The notes beneath the pieces were generated by a model. That model was not told where the DNA came from, searched no databases, and saw only the letters and a list, made by a program, of their open reading frames with translations. From Candidatus Latescibacterota bacterium (GTDB taxonomy: Bacteria > Latescibacterota > UBA2968 > UBA8231), in NCBI GenBank assembly GCA_965217585.1, contig OZ244561.1, positions 992,001-1,056,000 of the forward strand: 64,000 nucleotides of DNA, in the 5' to 3' direction. Below are positions 35,810-45,636 of this stretch, piece by piece (position 1 is the first letter of the stretch; every line of letters begins with the position of its first letter). The translations under genes were made by a program, and so were the position numbers.

Positions 35810-37207
35810 CTACCCCACCAACCCCCGCACATCCGCCACCTCACCCGCCACCGCCGCCGCGGCGACCATCGCCGGACTCATCAGCAGGGTGCGGCCGGTG
35901 GGACTGCCTTGCCGACCCTTGAAGTTGCGGTTGGACGACGAGGCACATAGCTCGCGGCCCTGCAATTTGTCGGGGTTCATCGCCAAGCACATGGAGCAGC
36001 CTGCTCCCCGCCATTCAAACCCGGCCTCCGCGAAAATCTCGTGTAGTCCCTCCGTCTCGGCCTCGGCCCGCACCTGCTGCGAGCCAGGCACCACGAGGGC
36101 GCGAACGCCGGGGGCCACCTTGCGCCCGCGAGCAACCCGAGCGGCCTCGCGCAAATCCGAAAGTCGGCCGTTGGTGCAAGAGCCAATAAACGCTACATCC
36201 ACTTTGGTACCGGCGATCTTCTGCCCCGGCGCAAAGTCCATGTACGCGAAGGCCTCCTCGATGCTGGATCGATCGGCGTCGGCAAAAGCGTCCAGCTCGG
36301 GCAGGGCCTGACCGATGCCGACCGATTGGCCCGGAGTAATGCCCCACGTCACAGTCGGGCCGATCTCGCGGCCGTCGATTTGCACTAGGTCGTCGTACTC
36401 GGCGTCTGCATCCGAGGCCATGGACTCCCACCATTCGACCGCAGGCTCAAAGTTGCGCGGCGCATGGAGCCGCCCGTTGAGATAGTCGTACGTCGTCTGG
36501 TCGGGATTGACGTAGCCGACCCGGGCACCGCCCTCAATCGACATGTTGCACACCGTCATCCGCTCTTCAATGGACATGACCTCAATGACTGAACCACCGT
36601 ACTCATAGCCGTAGCCAACGCCGCCCTTGACCCCGAGCTGGCCGATGATGTGCAAGATGACGTCCTTGGCGTACACCCCCTCGCTCAGCGCGCCGCTGAT
36701 CTCGATCCGCCGCACCTTGAGCGGGTCCATGGCCAAGCACTGGGTGGCCAGCACGTCGCGGACTTGGCTAGTGCCAATGCCAAAGGCCACCGCGCCAAAG
36801 GCCCCGTGCGTCGAAGTGTGGCTATCGCCGCAGGCAATGGTCATGCCCGGCTGGGTCAGCCCCAACTCCGGGCCGATGACGTGCACCACCCCCTGGCGTT
36901 GGTCGTCGATGTTAAAAAGCGGAATCTCGAACTCGGCGGCATTCTGCTCGATCGCGTCCATCATCTCCTCGGCCAAGTCATCGACAAAAGGCCGCTGCAC
37001 CAAGTCCGTGGGCACGATGTGATCCACGGTGGCAAAGGTGCGCTCTGGGAGGCGAACGGTAAGGCCGCGCTCCCGCAGCATCTGAAAGGCCTGGGGGCTG
37101 GTCACCTCGTGGACCAAATGCAGGCCAACGAACAACTGCGTCTGCCCAGAGGGCAGCTCGCGCACGGTGTGCGCGTCCCAAACCTTGTGCAACAGGGTCT
37201 TACCCAT
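35810..37207 (-). CDS. leuC: 3-isopropylmalate dehydratase large subunit
   Basis: [49 protein letters not shown]. Confidence 0.97.
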   Translation of the reverse strand: MGKTLLHKVWDAHTVRELPSGQTQLFVGLHLVHEVTSPQAFQMLRERGLTVRLPERTFATVDHIVPTDLVQRPFVDDLAEEMMDAIEQNAAEFEIPLFNIDDQRQGVVHVIGPELGLTQPGMTIACGDSHTSTHGAFGAVAFGIGTSQVRDVLATQCLAMDPLKVRRIEISGALSEGVYAKDVILHIIGQLGVKGGVGYGYEYGGSVIEVMSIEERMTVCNMSIEGGARVGYVNPDQTTYDYLNGRLHAPRNFEPAVEWWESMASDADAEYDDLVQIDGREIGPTVTWGITPGQSVGIGQALPELDAFADADRSSIEEAFAYMDFAPGQKIAGTKVDVAFIGSCTNGRLSDLREAARVARGRKVAPGVRALVVPGSQQVRAEAETEGLHEIFAEAGFEWRGAGCSMCLAMNPDKLQGRELCASSSNRNFKGRQGSPTGRTLLMSPAMVAAAAVAGEVADVRGLVG

Positions 37208-37277
37208 CTCCAATCTCCTCTACACTGTCATTCTTTGGTTTTCTTTTGGGCCTGACGGTTCAACTCGTCGACATTGA

Positions 37278-38849
37278 TCAATTCGGGCGATAACCGTGCT
37301 CGTTCACAAGCGTCTTCTGTCCCAAGCGGTTCAGCGCGTCGATGTAGGCCTTGGCGCTAGCCTCGATAACGTCGGTCGAAACGCCCCGGCCCCTTGCGTT
37401 TTGCCCGGCCCGCTCCAGATGCACTGTTACCTCGCCTAGCGCTTGGCTGCCGGAGGTGATCGCACGAATGACATAATCTTTCAGTTGGATATCGTTATCT
37501 TCTAGTGGATGGCTAGCGAGAGCTCGGTTAATAGCCTCATAAGTAGCGTCCACCGGCCCGTCGCCCTGAGCCGATCCCTCCACAGGCTCCTTCTCCTTAC
37601 CGGCGATGATCAAACGCACCGTCGCCGAGGGCACGGTTCCGGTGCAGCTAACCGCGTGCAGATGCTTCAACTCGTAATAGGCTATCCCCTCGCCGGGATC
37701 GTCGAGGAATATCTCGATCAGGTCCTCGTCGAAGATCTCCTTCTTCTTGTCGGCCAATTCCAAGAAATTCTCGTAGACCTTGTCCAGCTTTGCCTGATCT
37801 AGCTCGTAGCCCAAAACCTCCAGCCGATGGCGCAAAGCAGCGCGTCCCGAGCGCGCCGTTAGCACGATCTCGGTGGCCTCCAGCCCCACATCTTTCGGAT
37901 CCATGATCTCAAAGGTGTCGCGCTGCTTGAGCACTCCGTCCTGGTGGATGCCCGAGCTGTGGGCAAAGGCATTGGCACCGACAATCGCCTTGTTGGGCTG
38001 GACTGCGATGCCCATCAAGCGACTGACCAGCCGGCTGGTGGGGATGATTTCCTCGGTGACCACCTCGGTGTCAAAACCGAAGTAGTCCTGGCGCGTCTTT
38101 AGCGCCATGACGATCTCCTCCAACGAGGAATTGCCGGCCCGCTCGCCCAAGCCGTTGATCGTGCATTCGGCTTGGCGTGCGCCATTCTTGATTGCGGAGA
38201 GCGTGTTGATTACCGACATCCCCAGATCGTCGTGGCAGTGGACGCTGATGATGGCGTCTCCACTGTTGGGGACCTTGGCGATGATCCGCGCAATCAGCGC
38301 CCCAAATTCTTCGGGTACGGCATAACCCACGGTGTCGGGGATGTTGATAGTCGTGGCCCCCGCCGCAATCGTCGCCGCGATGACCTCGTTGAGGTAGTTA
38401 GGCTCGGTGCGGGCGGCGTCCATGGGCGAAAACTCGACGTCGTCGCAGTACGACTTGGCCAGTTCCACCGCGGCCACCGCCATTTTCAGTACCTCTTCTC
38501 GGCCCTTGCGCAACTGGCCGGCGAGGTGAATATCCGACGTGCCGATAAAGGTGTGGATTCGCGGCCGGGGCGCGTCTCGGAGGGCCGCACCAGCCCGCTC
38601 GATGTCCTTGAGCACGGCGCGGGACAGTCCGCAGATTACCGGCCCTTCGATCTCCTGCCCAATGCAGCGCACGGCCTCGAAATCCTCGTTGGAGGAAACC
38701 GGAAAGCCGGCCTCGATAATATCGACTTTCAGCCGCGCCAACTGGTGGGCGACTTCCAGCTTTTCCCGCACCGTCAGCGAGGCACCGGGCGTCTGCTCGG
38801 CGTCCCGCAGCGTGGTGTCGAAAATATATACGCGATTTGCATCAGCCAT
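37278..38849 (-). CDS. leuA: 2-isopropylmalate synthase
   Basis: IFDTTLRDAEQTPG, IEAGFP, HCHDDLG, GERAGN, HSSGIHQDG, C-terminal regulatory domain. Confidence 0.96.
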   Translation of the reverse strand: MADANRVYIFDTTLRDAEQTPGASLTVREKLEVAHQLARLKVDIIEAGFPVSSNEDFEAVRCIGQEIEGPVICGLSRAVLKDIERAGAALRDAPRPRIHTFIGTSDIHLAGQLRKGREEVLKMAVAAVELAKSYCDDVEFSPMDAARTEPNYLNEVIAATIAAGATTINIPDTVGYAVPEEFGALIARIIAKVPNSGDAIISVHCHDDLGMSVINTLSAIKNGARQAECTINGLGERAGNSSLEEIVMALKTRQDYFGFDTEVVTEEIIPTSRLVSRLMGIAVQPNKAIVGANAFAHSSGIHQDGVLKQRDTFEIMDPKDVGLEATEIVLTARSGRAALRHRLEVLGYELDQAKLDKVYENFLELADKKKEIFDEDLIEIFLDDPGEGIAYYELKHLHAVSCTGTVPSATVRLIIAGKEKEPVEGSAQGDGPVDATYEAINRALASHPLEDNDIQLKDYVIRAITSGSQALGEVTVHLERAGQNARGRGVSTDVIEASAKAYIDALNRLGQKTLVNEHGYRPN

Positions 38850-38862
38850 GATGTGTTCTTTT

Positions 38863-38976
38863 CTAGCTGGACGGATGAGGTGGTACAAGCGGCAGACGGT
38901 CCCCTCCAGCCGTGCAGAGACCGCCTACCGACCAAAGGTCGGGGTCGGAACTCAACTCGCTAAGTCGGGGTTCCAT
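38863..38976 (-). CDS. 37-aa intergenic ORF between ilvC and leuA (possible regulatory uORF)
   Basis: AGGAGGTGA SD at 38982-38990. MEPRLSELSSDPDLWSVGGLCTAGGDRLPLVPPHPSS*. Region rich in hairpins. Confidence 0.4.
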   Translation of the reverse strand: MEPRLSELSSDPDLWSVGGLCTAGGDRLPLVPPHPSS

Positions 38977-39009
38977 CGCGCTCACCTCCTCTCAAGGTTT
39001 TCCTATTTG

Positions 39010-40002
39010 TTATTTGTCGTCCAGCCAGCTCATCATCGCGCGCAGCCGGGTGCCGACGGTCTCGATCAGGTGCTCGGAATCGCGGCGCTTGATCGCATTG
39101 TACACCGGGCGGCCCACTTGGTTTTCGGCCAGCCATTCCCGCGCAAAGTGGCCATTCTGCACATCGGCGAGAATCTGCTTCATTTCCGCCCGCGTCTGCT
39201 CGGTTATCACCTGTCGCCCGCGCGTCAAGTCGCCAAACTCCGCGGTATCCGAAATCGACGAGCGCATGTTGGCGATGCCGCCCTCGTAAATCAGATCGAC
39301 GATCAGCTTGACCTCGTGCAGGCATTCGAAATAAGCGACCTCGGGCTGGTAGCCGGCCTCGACGAGCGTGTCAAACCCAGCGCGGATCAGCTCGGTCAAA
39401 CCGCCGCACAGCACCACCTGCTCGCCGAACAAGTCGGTCTCGGTCTCTTCGCGGAAGGTCGTTTCAATAACCCCGGCCCGGCCGCAGCCGATCCCCTTGG
39501 CATAGGCCAAGCCGACCTCGTGCGCTCGGCCGGTGGCGTCTTGGTAAACGGCCAACAGACCCGGCACACCACCTCCCTGCTGGTACACGCGGCGCACCAA
39601 GTGCCCCGGCCCTTTCGGCGCGACCATGAACACATCGACATCGGCCGGCGGCACCACCTGCCCAAAGTGGATGTTAAACCCGTGGGCAAAGGCGAGGGCA
39701 TTGCCCGCTTCGAGATTGGGGCGGATATCGGCTTCGTACACGGCCTTCTGGACCTCGTCGTTGATCAGGATCACCACGATATCGCCTCGCTTGCTGGCCT
39801 CGGCCACGTCGGCTACCTCCAGCCCGGCGGCCTCGGCTTCAGCGCGCCGCTGGCTACCCGCGCGCAGGCCCACCACCACCTTGACGCCGCTCTCCGACAG
39901 ATTGAGCGAATGCGCGTGACCCTGGCTGCCGTAGCCGATGACGGTCACGGTCTTGTCCGAAAGCAGATCGAGATTGGCGTCGTTGTCGTAGTACATCTGC
40001 AT
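39010..40002 (-). CDS. ilvC: Ketol-acid reductoisomerase
   Basis: [48 protein letters not shown]. Confidence 0.97.
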   Translation of the reverse strand: MQMYYDNDANLDLLSDKTVTVIGYGSQGHAHSLNLSESGVKVVVGLRAGSQRRAEAEAAGLEVADVAEASKRGDIVVILINDEVQKAVYEADIRPNLEAGNALAFAHGFNIHFGQVVPPADVDVFMVAPKGPGHLVRRVYQQGGGVPGLLAVYQDATGRAHEVGLAYAKGIGCGRAGVIETTFREETETDLFGEQVVLCGGLTELIRAGFDTLVEAGYQPEVAYFECLHEVKLIVDLIYEGGIANMRSSISDTAEFGDLTRGRQVITEQTRAEMKQILADVQNGHFAREWLAENQVGRPVYNAIKRRDSEHLIETVGTRLRAMMSWLDDK

Positions 40003-40122
40003 GAAAATTCTCCTTCACTGAGGGCGTTGAGATTGTTTGATAGACATAGTTAGCTGACAGCCTATGCTGTGCAGCGGCTTCGTCCGTTAATTGGGCTGTT
40101 AAAGTGGAACGAGGGGCGAAGC

Positions 40123-40239
40123 CTACTTGACCGGCCGGTCAATAATAAGCAGTAGGTCGAGGAGGAGAAGTCGGAGGCGCGCCCACACTGGCGTCGGGCG
40201 GAAAATACGCGGGAACTGGAACGGCGCGCTCATTGTCAT
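40123..40239 (-). promoter_or_regulatory. Leu/Ile-rich leader peptide (attenuator) of the ilvC-leu operon
   Basis: MTMSAPFQFPRIFRPTPVWARLRLLLLDLLLIIDRPVK*. Palindrome TTGACCGGCCGGTCAA at 40127-40142 inside a longer CCTACT/AGTAGG stem. Confidence 0.8.
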
Positions 40240-40286
40240 TAAACCTAAGTAATCCAAGCAGTTAGCTTTCAACTTATAAAAATTTC

Positions 40287-40315
40287 AATATATGGCGCAC
40301 CAAGGGGAATGTCAA
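40287..40315 (-). promoter_or_regulatory. sigma70 promoter of the ilv/leu operon
   Basis: TTGACA (40315-40310), 17-bp spacer, TATATT (40292-40287). Confidence 0.8.
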
Positions 40316-40430
40316 GCGATGTAGCCCACTACCCATAAAGGCTAGTCTTCGAGGTTGTCGATGACGGTCGCCCACTTCCCCTCGGCGAGTGCCATCAAGC
40401 CTTTTATGGTGGTTGGTGGTATGATCTTGG

Positions 40431-42212
40431 CTACCGTAGATCCCGCCCAACGCCGCACCATGCATTAGGACCAGCCACAGGCTTGCCACTAAACCATCGG
40501 GGATGCTGAACTGCCAAGTTCCAGCCTTCGATCTCGTACTCTCCATTAGCAAATGGCACTGCCCGTAAAAAATAAACAGGCTTGGTTGGCGAATTGCCGA
40601 CGGGATAGCCAAGATCCGATAAGAGACCGAGATCGACTTTGGTTATTCTAGGTTCAAAAATAGTCCTGTTTCCAAGGGCTATGACGGAGTTGCCGAGTGG
40701 ATATTGCGCCCAATGTCCCCCGGCAAGTGGAATCTCTTCAGTCGGCCAATCTCCCATCTCCTTGAAAGCGCGCTGAGCTTCTGGTGCTATAAGGTATGTG
40801 TGTGTATCCCGTTTATCGCTTTCAGCCGTTCCGGGAGCATATTCATAATAAAGGGTACTGCTAGCAATGACGTGATGCTCGCTATTAGTGTCATAGACAA
40901 ATCCGCTTGTTCCAATTCCAAGAACGTGCCCTAGCTCATGGGCAAAAACCTGGTCGATGTGGTAAAGTTCATCTGCCACCTCTATACATCCTAACACCGT
41001 CGTCCGATCCACTATTCGATCCAATTGAGGACCGCCAACAGCCAAGAACCAAGACCTCTCATACTTTGCTACGTAAACTTTTACGTCGTCAATAACTCCA
41101 CTCGGCTCCTCTATAAAATGATCGCCGCAGGGGAAGGCGATATCATTAAACGGCATCCTGGCCTGCAAATCATCAATATCTGCATCGGGAAGCTCATCGG
41201 TAAATGCCAGTTCCCACAGGTCCGCGGCCCATCGCATTTCGTCCTTTTGCCACTGAGGGAAGTCGTCAAGAAATACTAATTCGATATTGAAGACGGCATG
41301 GTCGGGCAAGTCGTCCATCCAGTGCTCAGGATAATCCGACAGCGACTCAAACTGTTCCGCCACCTCAATGGTATAGCGGGCTAGTTCAACCCCCTCGAAG
41401 TCATAGACTACGATCTCGGTCTCGCCTGCTCCACAGACAGACAAGTACAACGACCACCCGTTGCGCCGCGCTCTTGTAGGACTATCATTGCCCTCGGCAG
41501 GACAGTAATTTCGCGACGGCGCTGTGCTGCCCCCGGCCACTTCTAACGCCCTATCTTTCCCAGTCGGATTGACCACGACCAAGACACTATCCACATCAGA
41601 AGAGGTGCCAACCGTAAAGGTCTTCCAAGCCGAATCGTCTGCGGTGAAAGAAAACGTGGCCGGCGACGGCTCTAGCCAAGCCGAAGAGCCGGTCTGGGCT
41701 TTGGCTTCAGCGACTTGGACGGCATAGCGAGCTAATTCTGTTTGCTCGTAATCGAATATGACGATCTCCGTCTCGCCTGCTTGACAGGCAGACAAGTGCA
41801 ATGACCACCCGTTGCGCCGCGCTCTTGCAGGATTATCATTGCCCTCGGCAGGACAGTAATTTCGCGACGGCGGGGTGCTGCCCCCGGCTACTTCTAAGGC
41901 CCTATCTTTGCCGGTCGGATTGACCACGACCAAGACGCTATCCAGATCAGAAGAGGTGCCAACCGTAAAGGTCTTCCAAGCCGAATCGTCTGCGGTAAAA
42001 GAAAACGTGGCAGGCGACGGCTCTATCCAAGCCGAAGAGCCGGTCCGGGTTTTGGGTGCAGCCGCATTCAGATCGCTCACTTGAGAGCCTGGCCGGTCTT
42101 GAGCTTGCTGGGGATCGGCGGACAGATCCACATCGAGGAAGGCCGTGGTTGCGGGCTTATCCGACGAGCAGGCAATCAGGGTGAGGGGTAGGATCACAAG
42201 GACGCGCAGCAT
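40431..42212 (-). CDS. Lipoprotein with duplicated ~117-aa domain and C-terminal zincin metallopeptidase domain
   Basis: Lipobox LIA-C, tandem repeat with 351-bp period, HELGHVLG motif and downstream GGHW. Confidence 0.75.
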   Translation of the reverse strand: MLRVLVILPLTLIACSSDKPATTAFLDVDLSADPQQAQDRPGSQVSDLNAAAPKTRTGSSAWIEPSPATFSFTADDSAWKTFTVGTSSDLDSVLVVVNPTGKDRALEVAGGSTPPSRNYCPAEGNDNPARARRNGWSLHLSACQAGETEIVIFDYEQTELARYAVQVAEAKAQTGSSAWLEPSPATFSFTADDSAWKTFTVGTSSDVDSVLVVVNPTGKDRALEVAGGSTAPSRNYCPAEGNDSPTRARRNGWSLYLSVCGAGETEIVVYDFEGVELARYTIEVAEQFESLSDYPEHWMDDLPDHAVFNIELVFLDDFPQWQKDEMRWAADLWELAFTDELPDADIDDLQARMPFNDIAFPCGDHFIEEPSGVIDDVKVYVAKYERSWFLAVGGPQLDRIVDRTTVLGCIEVADELYHIDQVFAHELGHVLGIGTSGFVYDTNSEHHVIASSTLYYEYAPGTAESDKRDTHTYLIAPEAQRAFKEMGDWPTEEIPLAGGHWAQYPLGNSVIALGNRTIFEPRITKVDLGLLSDLGYPVGNSPTKPVYFLRAVPFANGEYEIEGWNLAVQHPRWFSGKPVAGPNAWCGVGRDLR

Positions 42213-42678
42213 GGGGATACCTGCTTGGTGAGAGAGTGGATTTTCGGTAGGATTCTGATTCTGCGACGAGGTGGATGGGGCCGGCCGCGCATGGTGGCCT
42301 CCTTAGTTGGCGGCGACAGCGGCCAGCTAATTCCCAAAATAAAAGACGCCCCTATGGAGTCCGATGGGTGCGTTTGCCCTGCACGTCTGCGCTGCCGGGG
42401 AAAATATAAACGAGTGCGGCAAACGGTTTCAATATATAGTACACTTATGTTTAAAATACAAGCTTTTTTCAAGATAGCGGCGGGTCGAAGGGGATCGATT
42501 CGGACGGCTAGGATCCTCAGGTGCATGGGCTGAACTCAGCGGCAAATACCCGGAATGCAAGCCTCCCTTGGCAATCGAGCCAACACCCTCCTATATTTCA
42601 AAATAGCCCACTACCGGCGCAATCGCCCCTCCTGCCCCAATTTACCTCGCACATTGAATCCCAACCGCGAAATCTCCT

Positions 42679-43662
42679 GTGGCCGACACCTTTGAAATCC
42701 GCCTCGTCGCCGACGACACTGCTTGGGACGCCTTCGTCCGCCAAGCCGTAGGCGGCACTGTATTTTCCACTAGCGCGTGGCTCCGCTGTGCTGCGACCGC
42801 CACCGGCGATCAAGTCCATCGTCTCGGTTGCTACCGCAACGATCGCCTCGTCGCTGGCCTCTGCGGCCTAGCCCGTCGGCGCATGGGCCTCTACCGCCTC
42901 GAAACCCCCGAGCTAACGCCCTATACCGGCCTGCTCCTCGCCCCAGTCGCCGGCAAAGGACCGGCCAAAGGCGAAGCGGCCCAACACCGCGCTTGCGCGC
43001 ACCTGATGGACTATCTCGCCAAGCACTACGACCGCGTCTTCCTAACCCACGCACCGGCCATCGCCGATGTGCGCCCCTTCACTTGGCAGGGCTGGGACGC
43101 GCACCTGCGCTATACCTATCGGCTACCTCTCGGCGATAGTAACGCACTATGGGAACGGACCGAGCGCCGCACGCGCACCGCCATTCGCAAGGCTGAAAAA
43201 CTCGGCTATCAACTGCGGCCCACCAGCGATGTCGCGCTCTTTCGGCAGCAGTACGAGGCCATCTACGCCAACCAAGCCGGCGGCCCCCCGGTCGCCGCAG
43301 CCACAGCCGAGTGCTTTGTCGCCGCAGCCTTGGAGGCTGGTCTGGCCCAAGCGTACGAAATCGCCTCCTCGGACGGGACGGCCGCGGTCGTCGCCTTTGT
43401 CGAGGGCTTCGACACCACCTATGCCTGGGCCGCAGGAGCCGACCCCGCGTACAACCACACGGGCGCAATCTCGCTGTTGTACTGGCAGTACTGGGACACG
43501 GTCGCTCACAACTGCTTTGACTTCGTCGGCGCCAATATACCGAGCATCGCCTTTTTCAAGCGCGGCTTTGGCTGCGACCTCGCGCCGTACTACGCGGTGG
43601 TGGGATATAAAAGCCGCTGGGTCAAACGCGCTTTCGGCCTCCGTCAAGCCCTGCGCGGCTGA
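42679..43662 (+). CDS. GNAT family acyltransferase (FemAB/CelD-like)
   Basis: WDAFV..A.GGTVF, RTAIRKAEK, FDFVGAN.PSIAFFKRGFG. Confidence 0.8.
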   Translation: MADTFEIRLVADDTAWDAFVRQAVGGTVFSTSAWLRCAATATGDQVHRLGCYRNDRLVAGLCGLARRRMGLYRLETPELTPYTGLLLAPVAGKGPAKGEAAQHRACAHLMDYLAKHYDRVFLTHAPAIADVRPFTWQGWDAHLRYTYRLPLGDSNALWERTERRTRTAIRKAEKLGYQLRPTSDVALFRQQYEAIYANQAGGPPVAAATAECFVAAALEAGLAQAYEIASSDGTAAVVAFVEGFDTTYAWAAGADPAYNHTGAISLLYWQYWDTVAHNCFDFVGANIPSIAFFKRGFGCDLAPYYAVVGYKSRWVKRAFGLRQALRG

Positions 43663-43668
43663 CGGACC

Positions 43669-45636
43669 TCAATAGTGCAATTGGGTCACCGACTTGGATA
43701 TTAAGGCAATGGCCACCGCCGACATGCCCACCAAACCCATGCCGCAGGCGTATCCAGCCAACAACACTGGCGCGTATTGCCGCCACTGCTGCGCCCCAAA
43801 GCGCGGCTCCAGCCAATAGCGAGCCAGCAGGGCACCGGCCATCTCCGGGATCAGCAAATGCGGCAGGCCCCCAAGGCCGCGCACAAACCCGTACACCAGC
43901 GAAATCGGCAACCCCAACCACGACATAACCCCAAACGTCCCCCCGGCCAGCACAAAACTCCCCGCGATCCACCATCCCTTAATCGCCTGGTCAAAAAGCG
44001 TCTCTCCGCCCAAAGTCGCCGAGTACCACAAGCACTGACGCAGCGCGATGAGGTGCCAATACGTCTGCGCGTATTGGAAGGTCGGCGAGGGAATGGGCTC
44101 CATCTGCCAGACCAGCGACCAAAAGACAAAGCCGCAGACCAAGCTCAGCGGCAACAGCAACAGCTCGGCCTTGATAATCGACGAGAAGCGCGTCCCGGTC
44201 AGTTCCACTTCGCGGAAGAGCTGGGCGCGCCGGCCGTGGTCGGCGTATGGAATGGGCGCGAACCATATATCGATGCCTTTGTAGCCGCTCAATATAAAAG
44301 CGCCTTCGCGCAGCAGCGGGAAGCTGACCAACTGACCCGTCAACCCGGCCATGCGTGCATTGACGTACGAAATCAACGGCGTCAGCACGAAGCCGAAGAG
44401 CAGCAAAAAGATCAGCGGAAACTCGTCGTCTTCTAGGAGCAACACGCAGAGCCAGATCATGGCCAGCGTCGATAGCGCATATCCGACAATCGCTATCCAC
44501 AACGGGAAGTCGCCCCGCCCGGCAGGCTTATCTTGCAACGGGCGGTGCCCACCCTGACGGCGCGCGGCCCGCACCGACAGCACGGCCTGCACCAAGCCAA
44601 TCACACCCACAGCCGCTCCCGCGCCAATGTACACGCTCATCCACACGTCGATGTCGTTGGCGAAATTCGTCAGAATCGCGTCCATGCCCGGCCGCCAATG
44701 CGTCAGCACACCGACGTGATAGAGAATCGGGCTGCCCAAAGCGTGGACCATGGCCGCGGCAAACGTGCCAACGACGATCCAAAACGGCAGCACCATCCCC
44801 AACAGCACCAAGCCCAAGTCCGTGCCAATACCCAAAGGCGCGGCCGGCAAAATGTCCTGCGTAGTCCTCGTCAGGTCGATCCAGGGAATGGGCAGCAGGA
44901 CAATGGGATCGCTGGCGATCAACCCAGTCAACGCGGGCAAGCCCACGTACACCGCGCCGAACAGCAAACCAATCCCCATGCCCACCGAGAAAACCCGCCA
45001 GCGCCAGCTATCGCGCCCTTCGTCGCCCTCGGCAAGGGCCGTCGCCCCCTGCGCAGCGACCGGTGCCAACGGGAAGGGCAAGCGCTCCACATCGGACGTG
45101 ACCCGAAAGAGGATGTAGCCAAGCGTGAACCACTCGACCCGCGACAAAACCTGCGAGGCGACCAGCACGATCACCGGCGGAATCCACGCCCGATGCAAAA
45201 AGCTGCGCCCGACCAGCGCATCTGAACCGACCGGCGGCACGACCCATTCCGGGATGTGCTCGGCAATGCCAAAGCCGGCCGCGGCTTGCGACTGCGCCAG
45301 GTACTGGTTCCACACCAACTGCCCAAACGGCCCGCCGGCCAGCATGGTGCCGCCGATGACGCCAGCTAAGCCACCGGCAATGTAGTAGATCAGGTAAATC
45401 TCCTGGCGCGTCAGCGAAGAAAAGGAACGCCGCGCCAGCTCGGAAAACAGGATGATGGTCACCCACTCGGCTGCCGCGCCGAATGATGCGCCGGCAATCA
45501 GGCCCATGTAAATGGCACCGGGCATCATGATAAAGCCGACGAAGAACGCCCCGGCCACAGTGCGCACAGTAAAGCCCTCGCGATAGCGCGTCGGGGGCTG
45601 CATCAAGTCGCGGTAGCTAGTCAGCTCATCGGTCAT
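43669..45636 (-). CDS. OPT-like putative peptide transporter
   Basis: Many TM helices, AAEWVTIILFSELARR, DVERLPFPLAPV, PIPSPTF. Start MTDELTSYRD. Confidence 0.7.
   Translation of the reverse strand: MTDELTSYRDLMQPPTRYREGFTVRTVAGAFFVGFIMMPGAIYMGLIAGASFGAAAEWVTIILFSELARRSFSSLTRQEIYLIYYIAGGLAGVIGGTMLAGGPFGQLVWNQYLAQSQAAAGFGIAEHIPEWVVPPVGSDALVGRSFLHRAWIPPVIVLVASQVLSRVEWFTLGYILFRVTSDVERLPFPLAPVAAQGATALAEGDEGRDSWRWRVFSVGMGIGLLFGAVYVGLPALTGLIASDPIVLLPIPWIDLTRTTQDILPAAPLGIGTDLGLVLLGMVLPFWIVVGTFAAAMVHALGSPILYHVGVLTHWRPGMDAILTNFANDIDVWMSVYIGAGAAVGVIGLVQAVLSVRAARRQGGHRPLQDKPAGRGDFPLWIAIVGYALSTLAMIWLCVLLLEDDEFPLIFLLLFGFVLTPLISYVNARMAGLTGQLVSFPLLREGAFILSGYKGIDIWFAPIPYADHGRRAQLFREVELTGTRFSSIIKAELLLLPLSLVCGFVFWSLVWQMEPIPSPTFQYAQTYWHLIALRQCLWYSATLGGETLFDQAIKGWWIAGSFVLAGGTFGVMSWLGLPISLVYGFVRGLGGLPHLLIPEMAGALLARYWLEPRFGAQQWRQYAPVLLAGYACGMGLVGMSAVAIALISKSVTQLHY

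Noticed and set aside
38539-40053. 504-aa plus-strand ORF
   Set aside because: Antisense shadow of ilvC/leuA.
42365-42390. GGGCAAAC motif suggesting a c-di-GMP-I riboswitch
   Set aside because: Lacks the GNRA-capped P2 stem and the GCAAAG continuation of the consensus.
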